64,000 bases of DNA from Candidatus Latescibacterota bacterium (GTDB lineage: Bacteria; Latescibacterota; UBA2968; UBA8231). Shown here one piece after another: positions 20,285-29,962 of the stretch (position 1 is its first letter; each line of letters starts with the position of its first letter). Below the pieces are notes generated by a model. The model was not told the origin of the DNA. It searched no databases and saw only the letters and a list, made by a program, of their open reading frames with translations. The stretch covers positions 896,001 to 960,000 of the forward strand of contig CBDCDC010000002.1 of the NCBI GenBank assembly GCA_965215195.1, in the 5' to 3' direction. Position numbers and translations under genes: made by a program.

Positions 20285-20611
20285 ATGCCTATCTACAACA
20301 AGGTTCCCGACAATCCCACCGCTGCTCCGGCCGAGCGCATTCGCCTCGACGAGCGCTTCGTATCCTTGCTCGTCGCTGAAGATGCCCAAGTCCGCCTCGA
20401 AGCCCAAGAGCTGCGCCAGCTCGTCCACCGCGCCCTCCAAGCCCTTTCCGACGACGAGATGCGCGTTATTCAGCTCCGCTATCAGCACAAGAAATCGCCC
20501 GGCCAAGCCGCGTCGCGCATGGGCCTTTCGCGCAGCGCGATGGCTGCGCTCGAACAAAGCGGGTTAGAAAAATTGCGCCAAGGGCTCGAGGACTGGCACC
20601 GAGGCGTCTGA
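20285..20611 (+). CDS. Small sigma-70 region-4-like HTH protein
   Basis: ALQALSDDEMRVIQLRY...QAASRMGLSRS..LEQSGLEKLR. Confidence 0.7.
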   Translation: MPIYNKVPDNPTAAPAERIRLDERFVSLLVAEDAQVRLEAQELRQLVHRALQALSDDEMRVIQLRYQHKKSPGQAASRMGLSRSAMAALEQSGLEKLRQGLEDWHRGV

Positions 20612-20612
20612 A

Positions 20613-22133
20613 TTGCAGCAGCGGCTCCTTCCCCTGCTGGCCCCGGCCCTACTCTCGGGCCTGCTCTTCGTAGTTAGCATCCCCAAATTCGATCAGTACT
20701 ACTTCGCTTGGATTTGCTTGCTGCCGCTTTTTTTAGCTCGGCACTGGCTGCCCGCTCAAAGCCACTTCGCCCTCGGGCTAGTCGCCGGCCTCGCCTGGGC
20801 CTCCGGGCGCACCTACTGGATCACCGAGACCCTACAACTGTACGGTGCCCTCTCCTTGGCGACCGCCGTAGCGACGAATGCGCTGCTCATCTTATACATG
20901 GCCCTGTATCTGGCCTGTTTTGTCGCGGTATGCCGCCGCCTAGACTTTTCCTCCCCGCTCTTTGCTTGGTCGGCGGCCGGCGTCTGGGTCCTTTTAGAGT
21001 GGGTGCAAAACTGGATGTTGAGCGGCTTTCCTTGGCAGCTTTTGGGCTACTCCCAGTACCTCAACCTGCCCTTCCTGCAATGGGCTGCCACAACCGGCGT
21101 CTATGGGCTGAGTTTTCTCATCGTCCTGTTCAACGCTGCGTTGGCCCAAGCCCTCTCGCACCGCGCCTTCGTCGCCTATCTGAGCCTGCCTCTTTTTCTG
21201 CTGATCGCCGTTCATCTATGGGGCCTCTATCGGCTGCACGACGTGCGGGATCCGCCCTCCACCCTGAGAGTCGGCGTCGTCCAAGGCAATATCCCCCAAG
21301 ACCGCAAGTGGAAGGAGAACCGGCTGGCCTGGACAACTCGGCACTACGCCGCACTCACCCGGGACTTGGCGGCCACGGAAAAACCAGCACTGATCATCTA
21401 TCCCGAGACAGCCCTACCCCTCTATTTTGGCGACCCCTTGTACGCGGCCTATGTCGATTCAATAACAGCCTTAGCACCGGAGCTAAATACGCCCATGTTG
21501 GTGGGCAGCCTCAAGGGCGATTCGCAAAATCGCGCTGCTCCGGTCTATAACCGGGCCTTCCTGCTCAATGCTCAAGGAGAAGTAGTGGATTACGCCGACA
21601 AGGTACACTTAGTGCCTTTTGGCGAGTTTCTGCCCTTTCCATCCATCTTCCAGTATTTGGGAGGGCTTACGGCAGAAAGCGGCATCTTCGCCCGCGGAGC
21701 AAGGCACAAAGCACTGCGGCTTCCGCGCAGCGACATCTCATTCGGGGTCTTTATTTGCTACGAGTCCATCTTTCCGGAAATCACCCGCGCGCTGATGGCC
21801 CAAGACCCGGACTTTCTGGTCAACACCACCAACGACGCTTGGTTTGGCACCACCGCGGCCCCGCACCAGCACTTTGCGCAGGCTGTCTTGCGGGCCGTAG
21901 AAAGCGGACGGGCCGTAGTCCGCGCCGCCAATACCGGCATTTCCGGCTTAATCGAACCGAGCGGGCGCATTGCCTACCGCACACCGCTTTTTGCCACCGT
22001 AGGCTTTGCAATAGACGTGCCCTTGCACCAAGGACAGACGATCTACACGCGCTGCGGGGATTGGCCGCTCATGCTCTGCGCCCTCGCGCTAACGCTGGCC
22101 GCCATCCGCAAAAGTCATCACCGTCCCTCCTAA
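20613..22133 (+). CDS. lnt: Apolipoprotein N-acyltransferase
   Basis: SGFPWQLLGYSQ, VQGNIPQ, YPETA, KVHLVPFGEF, ICYESIF, TNDAWFG, RAANTGIS. Confidence 0.95.
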   Translation: MQQRLLPLLAPALLSGLLFVVSIPKFDQYYFAWICLLPLFLARHWLPAQSHFALGLVAGLAWASGRTYWITETLQLYGALSLATAVATNALLILYMALYLACFVAVCRRLDFSSPLFAWSAAGVWVLLEWVQNWMLSGFPWQLLGYSQYLNLPFLQWAATTGVYGLSFLIVLFNAALAQALSHRAFVAYLSLPLFLLIAVHLWGLYRLHDVRDPPSTLRVGVVQGNIPQDRKWKENRLAWTTRHYAALTRDLAATEKPALIIYPETALPLYFGDPLYAAYVDSITALAPELNTPMLVGSLKGDSQNRAAPVYNRAFLLNAQGEVVDYADKVHLVPFGEFLPFPSIFQYLGGLTAESGIFARGARHKALRLPRSDISFGVFICYESIFPEITRALMAQDPDFLVNTTNDAWFGTTAAPHQHFAQAVLRAVESGRAVVRAANTGISGLIEPSGRIAYRTPLFATVGFAIDVPLHQGQTIYTRCGDWPLMLCALALTLAAIRKSHHRPS

Positions 22134-23236
22134 ACCGGACAATCGGGAATATCGACCCACCGCCGCTCGGCCGCGGCCTCGAGAATGGAGTCGGCAACGG
22201 CCTGCGCCCGCATCCCGTGATAAAACGAGGGTACGCAATCGCGCCCCTCGCGGATGGCACTGACGAATTCCCACGCTTGGTCGTAGCGGAAGGTCTGCAC
22301 CGGATCGCCGACCAACGGATCGCGCGGCGCATTGGGACGCTTGAGGAACTCGGCGGGCACGGGCCGGCTCTGATAGGGCGCGCCGCGGGGCGCAAAGAGC
22401 ACCTCGTGTGGCGCGTGCAGGCGATAGACGACCGAGGCCTCCTCCCCGTTGAGCTCGGCTAAGTCGTGGTCGCCCTTCGGGCCGTAGCCCTTGCTCAACT
22501 TGCCCATCTCAAAGACGCCCGTGGTGCCGCTTGCAAACTCGGCGATCCACGCGATCCAATCTTCCACGTCCTGCGGTGGACACGGCTGGCCTTCGCGGGT
22601 CTGATCCCGCGGCACCAACTGCTTGGCCGCGCTGCACACGGCCTCTATCGGTCCCAGCAGATCCTCGGCAAAATCAATGCGGTGAATGCCCATATCGCCC
22701 AGCTCGCCCGACCCAGCGTAGTGCTTGTATTGCCGCCAGCCAATGGCGCACTCCCCCCAGTCTTGTAGACGCTGGAAACGGGCGTGGCGAATCGGCCCGA
22801 GGGCCCCGGTCTGCACCAAGTGGCGGATGTAGTTCATGGCCGGCACAAAGCGATAGGTAAAAGCCGTCATGTGGCGACGCCCCGACGCCTTGCCCCGGGC
22901 GTATATTTCCCGAGTTTGGGCGAAGTCCATGCCAAGGGGCTTCTCGCACAGCACGTGGCAGCCAGCGTCTAAGGCTTGGACGATCAGCTCGCAGTGATAG
23001 ACGTTGGGCACGGCGATGCAGACCGCATCCAAGGCCACCGCATCTAAGAGCGCGTCCAGCCGCTCAAAAGCGGCCGCAATGCCCCATTCTGCTTGCCGCT
23101 GTTGCCGCAGCGCGTCGTCTGGCTCGCAGATCCCAGCGATTTCGACTCCGGGAATCAGCCGCAGTCCTGGATAGTGTACCCCCGCACAGACGCCACCCGT
23201 GCCCACCAGCCCTACGCGCAGTGCTTGTTGGTTCAT
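22130..23236 (-). CDS. Gfo/Idh/MocA oxidoreductase
   Basis: VGLVGTGG, HVLCEKP, GELGDMGIH. Confidence 0.9.
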   Translation of the reverse strand: MNQQALRVGLVGTGGVCAGVHYPGLRLIPGVEIAGICEPDDALRQQRQAEWGIAAAFERLDALLDAVALDAVCIAVPNVYHCELIVQALDAGCHVLCEKPLGMDFAQTREIYARGKASGRRHMTAFTYRFVPAMNYIRHLVQTGALGPIRHARFQRLQDWGECAIGWRQYKHYAGSGELGDMGIHRIDFAEDLLGPIEAVCSAAKQLVPRDQTREGQPCPPQDVEDWIAWIAEFASGTTGVFEMGKLSKGYGPKGDHDLAELNGEEASVVYRLHAPHEVLFAPRGAPYQSRPVPAEFLKRPNAPRDPLVGDPVQTFRYDQAWEFVSAIREGRDCVPSFYHGMRAQAVADSILEAAAERRWVDIPDCPV

Positions 23237-24177
23237 ACGACCTCTTTCATTCGCATTTGCATTTGTCTCTCCGCCTCGGCCAGCTTATCGACGAGTGCGT
23301 GCAACCGCGGCAGATCCTCAGCGGCCACGTCCTCGGCAAAAGGCACCACCGGCCCCCCGGCCAGCCCGACCCGCTCCATAGCCGCGTGCAGTGCCGAGCC
23401 ACTGTAGCGCGCCGCCCGCTCACCGCGCAGATCTTCAAACGGCACCATCTGCCGGCGAATTTCCTCGGCCCCGGCGCGATCTCCGGCCGCAAAGCCTTGC
23501 AGGAGCATCAGGCTCATGCCGGGGACGAAATTGGCCATCCCCGAGCTAAACCCAACCGCGCCAGCGGCCATATAGTCGATACAGGGATCCTCGGCCATGC
23601 CGCAGACCATGGCCGCGTCCTCCCCAGCACCGGCGACGATCCGCCGGAACGCCTCCAAGTCGTCAACGGCGTATTTAAGCCCCACCACCTCGTCTAACTG
23701 ACACAGCGCCACTACTTGCTCGACCGGCATGATATCCAACCGGCGCTGATACAGTATGGTGGGCAACTGGGTCTTCTCGGCAATGCCGCGCAGGCCGACG
23801 GCAACGCCCCCGGCTGAGGCCGGCCCGACGATGGGCATAATCATCACCCCGGCGACGCCCAACGAGTGCGCAATCCGCCCCATTTCCAGCGCCCGGCCAT
23901 ACCCCGGCCCGATCCCCGGCACCACCAAGGCCTCTCCGGCTGCGGCTTCCACAAAGGCCCCAACAACGGCCTCGTATTCGTCTAAGGTCATATCGTACAC
24001 CAGCCCGGTGCCGCACGCTGGCATAATAAAATCGACGCCCCGCTCGCAGAGAAAGCGCACATTGCGATCAATCCCCGCTAAGTCAAGGCCCCGTGCCGCG
24101 TCGCGGGGCGTGATCGCCACGACCAACACGTTGTGACACTGCTCCTTTTGCAACATCCGCATAGTATGCTCCTTCAT
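23233..24177 (-). CDS. DHDPS-family aldolase/dehydratase (KdgD-like)
   Basis: ITP..CGTG, ILYQR, VVGLKYAVDD, GFSSGMANF. Confidence 0.8.
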   Translation of the reverse strand: MKEHTMRMLQKEQCHNVLVVAITPRDAARGLDLAGIDRNVRFLCERGVDFIMPACGTGLVYDMTLDEYEAVVGAFVEAAAGEALVVPGIGPGYGRALEMGRIAHSLGVAGVMIMPIVGPASAGGVAVGLRGIAEKTQLPTILYQRRLDIMPVEQVVALCQLDEVVGLKYAVDDLEAFRRIVAGAGEDAAMVCGMAEDPCIDYMAAGAVGFSSGMANFVPGMSLMLLQGFAAGDRAGAEEIRRQMVPFEDLRGERAARYSGSALHAAMERVGLAGGPVVPFAEDVAAEDLPRLHALVDKLAEAERQMQMRMKEVV

Positions 24178-24180
24178 CCG

Positions 24181-24552
24181 CTAGGCCCAAACGGTCTCGG
24201 TAGAAGTTGTGGCGTGTTTATTGTATTGCTCTATGTAATCCTCGCGCGGCGGGCTAAAAATGTCGAGAATTCGGGCCGGCCCTTCTTCGACGATACCCCA
24301 GTGGACCACGTGCGGCGGAATCAAGAAGGCGTCGCCCGGGCCGGTGACGCGCTCCTCTGACCCAATGCGAAAGCGGAAGCGCCCGGCCAGCACCAACCCG
24401 GCCTGCTCGTGTGGGTGGCTGTGCTCGGGCACTTCGCAGCCTTCTTCCATGTCCAAAAACGAAAGCATCAGCCGCTCGCCGGCCACCAAGCCGCTGTTGA
24501 TCTGGGGAAAAAGCTCCACGGCCGCAAGCTCTGCGGGGTTGATAAAGGGCAT
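24181..24552 (-). CDS. Cupin domain protein
   Basis: PEHSHPHEQ...IPPHVVH...DIFSPPREDY. Confidence 0.88.
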   Translation of the reverse strand: MPFINPAELAAVELFPQINSGLVAGERLMLSFLDMEEGCEVPEHSHPHEQAGLVLAGRFRFRIGSEERVTGPGDAFLIPPHVVHWGIVEEGPARILDIFSPPREDYIEQYNKHATTSTETVWA

Positions 24553-24564
24553 AGTCTCCTCCTA

Positions 24565-24840
24565 TTAACTAATGCTTAGTTCTTGGGCAATCGCGGTCGC
24601 AACGGCTAGCGGCTGGCTTTCCAGATAGAGCGTATCATAGCTCATATCTAGCTCGCCGGGCCATTCCACTGAACCAGCCACCACGCGTACGGCTCGAAAG
24701 GCAGCGCGATTTTGCAGACGGACAAAGACGCCCTTCTGGAGATAGGGTTTCATATTGAATAGCCGCTGCTCGCCGTTCTCAAATACCACTTCCAGTCGGT
24801 AATCTTCTAGTGGATGTACCTGTTTAACTTGGGGATTCAC
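24565..24840 (-). CDS. DUF2442-family protein
   Basis: VKQVHPLEDYRLEVVFENGE...VEWPGELDMSYDTLY; GTG start after GGAG. Confidence 0.8.
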   Translation of the reverse strand: MNPQVKQVHPLEDYRLEVVFENGEQRLFNMKPYLQKGVFVRLQNRAAFRAVRVVAGSVEWPGELDMSYDTLYLESQPLAVATAIAQELSIS

Positions 24841-24851
24841 ATTCGACTCTC

Positions 24852-25037
24852 CTACTTTAATGGCTCGATCTTGAACACATCTTCGCCGTTTACAGCTAGT
24901 TGCCAATTGGCCAATAGTTCCTCGCGATGTATTTCAATCCACGCCTGCACCAATCGAACTTTCCCAGATGGCAGGCTGCCAGCTAACATCTCCCCATCGT
25001 CTATACCGAACACCGCCGGCTGGCTTTCCAGCTTTGT
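24852..25037 (-). pseudogene. 5'-truncated DUF4160-family gene
   Basis: AVFGIDDGEMLAGSLPSGKVRLVQAWIEIHREELLANWQLAVNGEDVFKIEPLK* matches the DUF4160 C-terminal half; the N-terminal His-containing part is absent. Confidence 0.7.
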
Positions 25038-26369
25038 CTATTCGACAAAGCTCCGCAACCAAGCATCGCCGCGATAGCGCGGCCACAGCGTGGCGAAGCG
25101 GCCGACCATCAGGCCGCTATAGGCCATCCAAGCACCGGCTAATTCCCAATCCAACCAGTATATAAAAACCAACGCCGCCGGCACAAACACCCCCAAAGTG
25201 GCCAGCGCCATAGCCTTGAACAGATACCCCATATCGCTAGCGCCGATAAAAATTCCGTCAAAAACGAAGACCACGGCGTTCAACGGTTGCATCAGAGCGA
25301 TGAGTACGTAGAGCGCACCGACCTGTTCTACGACTTCCCGATGCGGAGTAAACAGCGCGGCAATAGGCTCCAAGGCCGCAAAGTACGCCAAGCCCAACCC
25401 CACTCCCAAACCCAAACCCCAGCAGATGATCCGCCAAGCGATCTGCCGGGCCTCGGCAAAGAGGCGTCCTCCTAGACAGCGGCCAACCAAGGTCTCGGCG
25501 GCGTGGGCAAAGCCGTCAACGGCAAAGCTGGTCAGCCCCCAGACCTGCAAAATCACGGCGTTGGCCGCCAAGGGTGCTTCGCCCATCCGCGAGACCGTGC
25601 CGAGCGTAAAAAAACCGGCAAATTGCAGACAGAGGGTGCGGCCGAAGAGGAAGGCATTGGTCTGTATCAGGCGCTGCATTGTGCGCAGGTCCCACAGCCT
25701 TGTAGGCCACTCCCGCAGATAGGAGCGGTAGCCGTTGAGCAATAAAAAAACCCCGGTGGCCAGCGCCGCTGCATTGCCCAGCACAGAAGCCCAAGCCGCC
25801 CCTTCGACGCCTAACTTGGGAGCGCCCAACTTGCCGTATATAAGCGCGTAGTCCGCGCCGATGTTGACCAAATTGGCAACGGTCGTAACCCAGAGCGGCG
25901 CGATGGCATTGGCGGTCCCAAGGAAAAAGCCGTTGAGCGTCATAACGCTCAGCGCCAAGGGCGCTTCCCACACCCGGATGGCGAAGTAGCGCATGCCCCA
26001 GTGCTGGACTTGCGGCGACCCGCCGGCCAACTCAAACCCAATCCGGCTGATCCAGCCGCCGGCCGCCGCGATCCCCATGCCGAGGAAGGCGGCCACAATA
26101 AGCGAGCGGTAGAGCACCCCCGCGCTCTGGCGTCGATCCCCGGCCCCGCAGTATTGGGCCACCAAGGCCGTGGTCCCCATCCGCAGAAAGGCCAAGCACC
26201 AGAATAGGGCGTTGAAGATCAAACTCGCCGTAGAGACCGCGCCCATAAAGGCCACTTCCGGCAAATGGCCGATCATCGCGGTGTCGGCAATGCCGATCAT
26301 CGGCGCAGACAGGGCGGTGAGGATATTGGGAACGGCGAGGCCGAGGATCTGGCGGTCGCGTAGGTTCAA
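25038..26369 (-). CDS. MATE/DinF family efflux transporter
   Basis: LAVPNIL..P..GIADTAMIGHL, FLRMGTT, DGFAHAAE, FVFDGIFIG; TTG start at 26369. Confidence 0.9.
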   Translation of the reverse strand: MNLRDRQILGLAVPNILTALSAPMIGIADTAMIGHLPEVAFMGAVSTASLIFNALFWCLAFLRMGTTALVAQYCGAGDRRQSAGVLYRSLIVAAFLGMGIAAAGGWISRIGFELAGGSPQVQHWGMRYFAIRVWEAPLALSVMTLNGFFLGTANAIAPLWVTTVANLVNIGADYALIYGKLGAPKLGVEGAAWASVLGNAAALATGVFLLLNGYRSYLREWPTRLWDLRTMQRLIQTNAFLFGRTLCLQFAGFFTLGTVSRMGEAPLAANAVILQVWGLTSFAVDGFAHAAETLVGRCLGGRLFAEARQIAWRIICWGLGLGVGLGLAYFAALEPIAALFTPHREVVEQVGALYVLIALMQPLNAVVFVFDGIFIGASDMGYLFKAMALATLGVFVPAALVFIYWLDWELAGAWMAYSGLMVGRFATLWPRYRGDAWLRSFVE

Positions 26370-26677
26370 TCCTCCGCTTCCTCGGGCCGCCAGCGGAACT
26401 TTTGCAGATCGATGCGCCGCGCTGTAAAGACAACGCCCTCGCTGGCCAAAAGCTCGTATTGCAACAGATGAAATTTGCTGCCGCTGCGCGGCGAGACCTT
26501 GCCTTGGGCATTGATGATGCGGTGCCAAGGCAGGTCCCATTCTTCGGGCATACCCGCCAAGGCAAAGCCCACTTGCCGCGCCCGCCCCGGATAGCCGGCC
26601 AAGGTCGCGATCTGCCCGTAGGTAGCCACCTTGCCGTAGGGTACGCGAGCGATGGTCTCGTAGAACGCCCGGCGCAT
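26366..26677 (-). CDS. MGMT-like alkyltransferase-like (ATL) protein
   Basis: VPYGKVATYGQIA...ARQVG...LPWHRIIN, with Trp replacing the catalytic Cys. Confidence 0.88.
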   Translation of the reverse strand: MRRAFYETIARVPYGKVATYGQIATLAGYPGRARQVGFALAGMPEEWDLPWHRIINAQGKVSPRSGSKFHLLQYELLASEGVVFTARRIDLQKFRWRPEEAED

Positions 26678-26684
26678 GGTGCTC

Positions 26685-26924
26685 TCAGCAGTTGGGGGTC
26701 GCGGCCTCATCGCCCCCTTCCAAAAAATCTAGGGCCTTAGCGTAGCTGCGCTTCTCCAAGTAGTGGCGCAACTGTGCGGGCGCATCGTTCCAATCCCGGC
26801 CGATCTGGTCAATCCGCCGCACGTGAGCCGCCACCGAGTCGGCTTGGCCAGCCCCGATGGCTCCAAACATTTCCTTCAAGGTCGCGTGCAATTCGTCTCG
26901 TAGTGCCAATGCCATATCCTCCAT
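26685..26924 (-). CDS. Hypothetical protein
   Basis: In-operon ORF ending LRHYLEKRSYAKALDFL. Confidence 0.65.
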   Translation of the reverse strand: MEDMALALRDELHATLKEMFGAIGAGQADSVAAHVRRIDQIGRDWNDAPAQLRHYLEKRSYAKALDFLEGGDEAATPNC

Positions 26925-27647
26925 TCAGGCCGCCATGATGAGGTAGGAAAGCCACTCGGCGTACGGGTTGCGGATCGCGTAGCGCGTACCCGGGGGCAGG
27001 TGGATCATATCTCCTTCCCGGATCTCCTGTGCGCCGTCCTCGGCTTCCAAGACGCCGCTGTTTTCCAGCACGTAATAGACCTGCTCCAGCTCGGCGCAGC
27101 ACCGCTCAACCGTCTGTCCGCACGGCTGTACGGCCTCGCGGTCGATGCAGCGCAGCCCCTGCGTAAAACCCACCCCCGCCTCGCCGACCAGGCCTAACTG
27201 GTGCCAGCGCACCGCGCCCGCGCCGTCGCCCATGGCCGGCACGTCGCACCAGTTGCGGATGGCAAACTCGCCGCCATTGGCCGCGATCTTCTGGCTGATC
27301 ACGTGGTGTTCGAGCCAGTCCTCACTGGTGTCGTTAAACATCTGGTGGTGGACGCCCGACGGCAGGTACACTGCGTCGCCCTCCTGCACGGGGAAGCGCT
27401 CCTGGTCAAAGAGCACGTGGCCGCGGCCCGAGAGCACGTAGTACACCTGCTCGAGGTTTTCGTGCTTGTGGTAATCCGAATTCTTGCGGCCCTGGAGCGC
27501 GTGCCGGGCAAAGCCCTGTAGGCGCTCTAGGCAATGGCGCGGATCCGGATCGTCGTCGCCATCGCGGTCGCGCAACCCGCCCCAATGCACGGCGCTCAAA
27601 TGGGCTATGTTGGGTTGGATGTCGCGCCAATTGACGATGTACACCAT
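26925..27647 (-). CDS. Bicupin domain protein
   Basis: HKHENLEQVYYVLSG..LPSGVHH and a second EQVYYVLE..LPPGT repeat. Confidence 0.85.
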   Translation of the reverse strand: MVYIVNWRDIQPNIAHLSAVHWGGLRDRDGDDDPDPRHCLERLQGFARHALQGRKNSDYHKHENLEQVYYVLSGRGHVLFDQERFPVQEGDAVYLPSGVHHQMFNDTSEDWLEHHVISQKIAANGGEFAIRNWCDVPAMGDGAGAVRWHQLGLVGEAGVGFTQGLRCIDREAVQPCGQTVERCCAELEQVYYVLENSGVLEAEDGAQEIREGDMIHLPPGTRYAIRNPYAEWLSYLIMAA

Positions 27648-27665
27648 GTCTCCTTCCTCCTATGT

Positions 27666-28457
27666 TTACAGGGCGGCGATTTGGCGCATGCGCGCACCGA
27701 GATCAACGAGTTCATCGCGGCTGCCGCCCACTTCGTGAATCAGGGTGGAATCGTATCCCACCGCCCGCAGGGCGGCCATGACCGCCGGCCAGTCTGTGTC
27801 CCCTTCGAGCAGGTTGACGAAGCAGTGCTCACTGCGGCGAAAATCCTTAAAATGGACCTTCTTGATGCGCGGCCCCAACTCGCGGATCCAGTGCTCTGGG
27901 TAGCCGTAGGCCATCATATTGGCCGTGTCGAGATAGATGCCCACCCACTCGCTGCCGATTTCATCGACGAAAAGCCTAGCTTCGCGCGGGCTGAGCAGGA
28001 ACTTGTTCCAGACGTTTTCCAAGCCAATGGCCGCCCCCATGTCCTCGGCGAGGGGGACCGTATCGATCAGCGCGTCCCGCAACCCATCCCAAGCCTGCTG
28101 ATAGGTCCCCTCAACCGCTAGCTGGCCCGGGTGCAAAAGCACCCCATCAACCGCCAGCGCACCAGCGATCTCGAGCGAGCGCCGCAAGCACTTGAGACAT
28201 CGCTCGCGCTCGCCGGCATCGCGGCTGAGCAGATTGCCGCGCTCTTGGTACCAGACGATGACGCTGCCGATTTCAACGCCAGCGTCCGCGCACTGCTGCC
28301 CGACCTGCGCGATCTCGCTGGCACTCATGTTTGGATCCAAGTCCTTGCCCTCGGCAAAGACCAACTCCACGGCTTGGTAGCCAGCGTCCGCGCACAACCG
28401 CAGCGTGTCCGCCAGCGACACGTCTCCTAAGACGATTTGGGTAATCCCTATTTTCAT
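27666..28457 (-). CDS. Sugar phosphate isomerase/epimerase (TIM barrel)
   Basis: LENVWNKFLLSP, YLDTAN, VHFKDF, GDTDWP. Confidence 0.88.
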   Translation of the reverse strand: MKIGITQIVLGDVSLADTLRLCADAGYQAVELVFAEGKDLDPNMSASEIAQVGQQCADAGVEIGSVIVWYQERGNLLSRDAGERERCLKCLRRSLEIAGALAVDGVLLHPGQLAVEGTYQQAWDGLRDALIDTVPLAEDMGAAIGLENVWNKFLLSPREARLFVDEIGSEWVGIYLDTANMMAYGYPEHWIRELGPRIKKVHFKDFRRSEHCFVNLLEGDTDWPAVMAALRAVGYDSTLIHEVGGSRDELVDLGARMRQIAAL

Positions 28458-28462
28458 AAAAA

Positions 28463-28900
28463 CCTCCTGGGATACTGACGTTTTGAAACGTCAGAGGGAT
28501 AAGGATTCAACGGACGACGGGCGGGCAACGCACCCGGCGTTGTTCGTCCCGGAGTCGGTTGAAAAAGGTTGCCGGTGTGAATACTTGTTCGTACTTCTTT
28601 TTTTAGGTTGAGCACCCAACCTTCAGATCCCAGAGCGTTCCACCGACTCCGGGCCGGGTCCACGCAACCGTACCGTTGCCTCTGTTCCTGCTGGCGTTCG
28701 CGTTCTGGTAGGTATCCGCACACCGGACGGTGCTGCGGCCGGATACCGAGGAGGCGTTTGGAAACGGCGACGGTTTTCAAGCCCAGCAGCCAGTACGGTG
28801 GTAATGCGTCTCGTATACTCCTCTCACTCGCTGAATACCGAGTCGCGGCGGAAGAGCGGGAGAGGGTAAAGCCGACTTCTTTAGAGGTCGGTGGCATTAC
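28463..28900. mobile_element. ORF-less IS200/IS605-like (PATE/MITE-like) structured element
   Basis: Terminal hairpins CTGACGTTT-TG-AAACGTCAG (28475-28494) and GCCGACTTC-TTTA-GAGGTCGGT followed by ..TTAC (28871-28900); internal inverted repeats; no credible protein. Confidence 0.55.
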
Positions 28901-29022
28901 TATAGTACCTCCCCTTGGACAGAAAGTTACGACCCAGCCCGCTGGCCTTCCACACCCGTTTGAAGCCCGGACGCAAAATCGCTACGTTTGTCCTCCTAAC
29001 TTCAACTTAATAGGAGGCCATC

Positions 29023-29916
29023 ATGGCAGAAACAATCGGGTTTGTCGGCGTCGGGCGCATGGGTTCCAACATGGCCCGCAACCTCGCGGACAAAGGCTTC
29101 AACATCTCGGCCGTATTCGACGCTAGTGCCGACGCCGCCCAAGTTCTAGCCGCAGAGCTCAGCTGCGCCGCCCCCCAAACCTTAGCCGCGGTTACGGCCC
29201 AATCGGACGTGGTCATCACCGTGGTGACCGACGACGACGCAATGCGCTCAATCTTCGCCACTTCCGGCGACTCACTGCTCACCGATGCCAAAGGCACGAC
29301 CTTTATCAACTGCGCCACCATCTCGCCGGCCGTCCACGTAGAGGTCGAAGAGCGCACCGCCGCAGTCGGTGCCTCCTCGCTCGAAGGCTGCATGGCCTCT
29401 AGTATCACCCAAGCCCGCGAGGGCACCCTGTACCTAATGTGTGGCGGCAAGCGCAGCGTCTTTGACCAAGTGCATCCCATCCTCGACGCCCTGAGCGTTG
29501 ATTTGCGGTACATTGGCCCGGCCGGCCAAGCGGCCCAAGTCAAGGCCCTCGTCAACATGGTCATGAACATCAACACAGCCGGGCTAGCCGAGGGGTTGGG
29601 GCTAGGGCAAGCCCTCGGACTGAACCTAGAAATGCTGATGAAGGTCTTTTCTCAGACTGGCGCGAACTCACGGGTACTGGAAACCGACGGCGAGGACATG
29701 ACCATCCGCGACCACGAGTGCTATTTCTCCGCCGACCACGCGGCTAAAGATTCCGGCATCGCCCTTGAACTGGCGCAACAGGCCGGACTCAGCCTGCCGC
29801 TGGCGCAAGCGACCAAGGATCAATACGAAAAAATGAAAACGCTGGGCCTCGGCGATCTCGACAAGTCGGGCATTGCCGAGTTGACCTTTCCCGGCCGCAA
29901 AGGCTCCACGCAGTAG
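29023..29916 (+). CDS. NAD(P)-dependent 3-hydroxyisobutyrate dehydrogenase family protein
   Basis: IGFVGVGRMGSNMA, KALVNMV, AAKDSGIA. Confidence 0.88.
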   Translation: MAETIGFVGVGRMGSNMARNLADKGFNISAVFDASADAAQVLAAELSCAAPQTLAAVTAQSDVVITVVTDDDAMRSIFATSGDSLLTDAKGTTFINCATISPAVHVEVEERTAAVGASSLEGCMASSITQAREGTLYLMCGGKRSVFDQVHPILDALSVDLRYIGPAGQAAQVKALVNMVMNINTAGLAEGLGLGQALGLNLEMLMKVFSQTGANSRVLETDGEDMTIRDHECYFSADHAAKDSGIALELAQQAGLSLPLAQATKDQYEKMKTLGLGDLDKSGIAELTFPGRKGSTQ

Positions 29917-29926
29917 CTACTTTCCG

Positions 29927-29958
29927 AGGGGGCGGGTCGCCGCAGACCTGCCCCTTTC
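29927..29958. terminator. Hairpin terminator between convergent genes
   Basis: GGGGCGGGTC...GACCTGCCCC followed by TTTT. Confidence 0.6.
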
Positions 29959-29962
29959 CTCG

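Noticed and set aside
28454-29126. 147-aa and 172-aa ORFs over the intergenic element
   Set aside because: No protein-like composition or convincing motif; better explained as a non-coding mobile relic.
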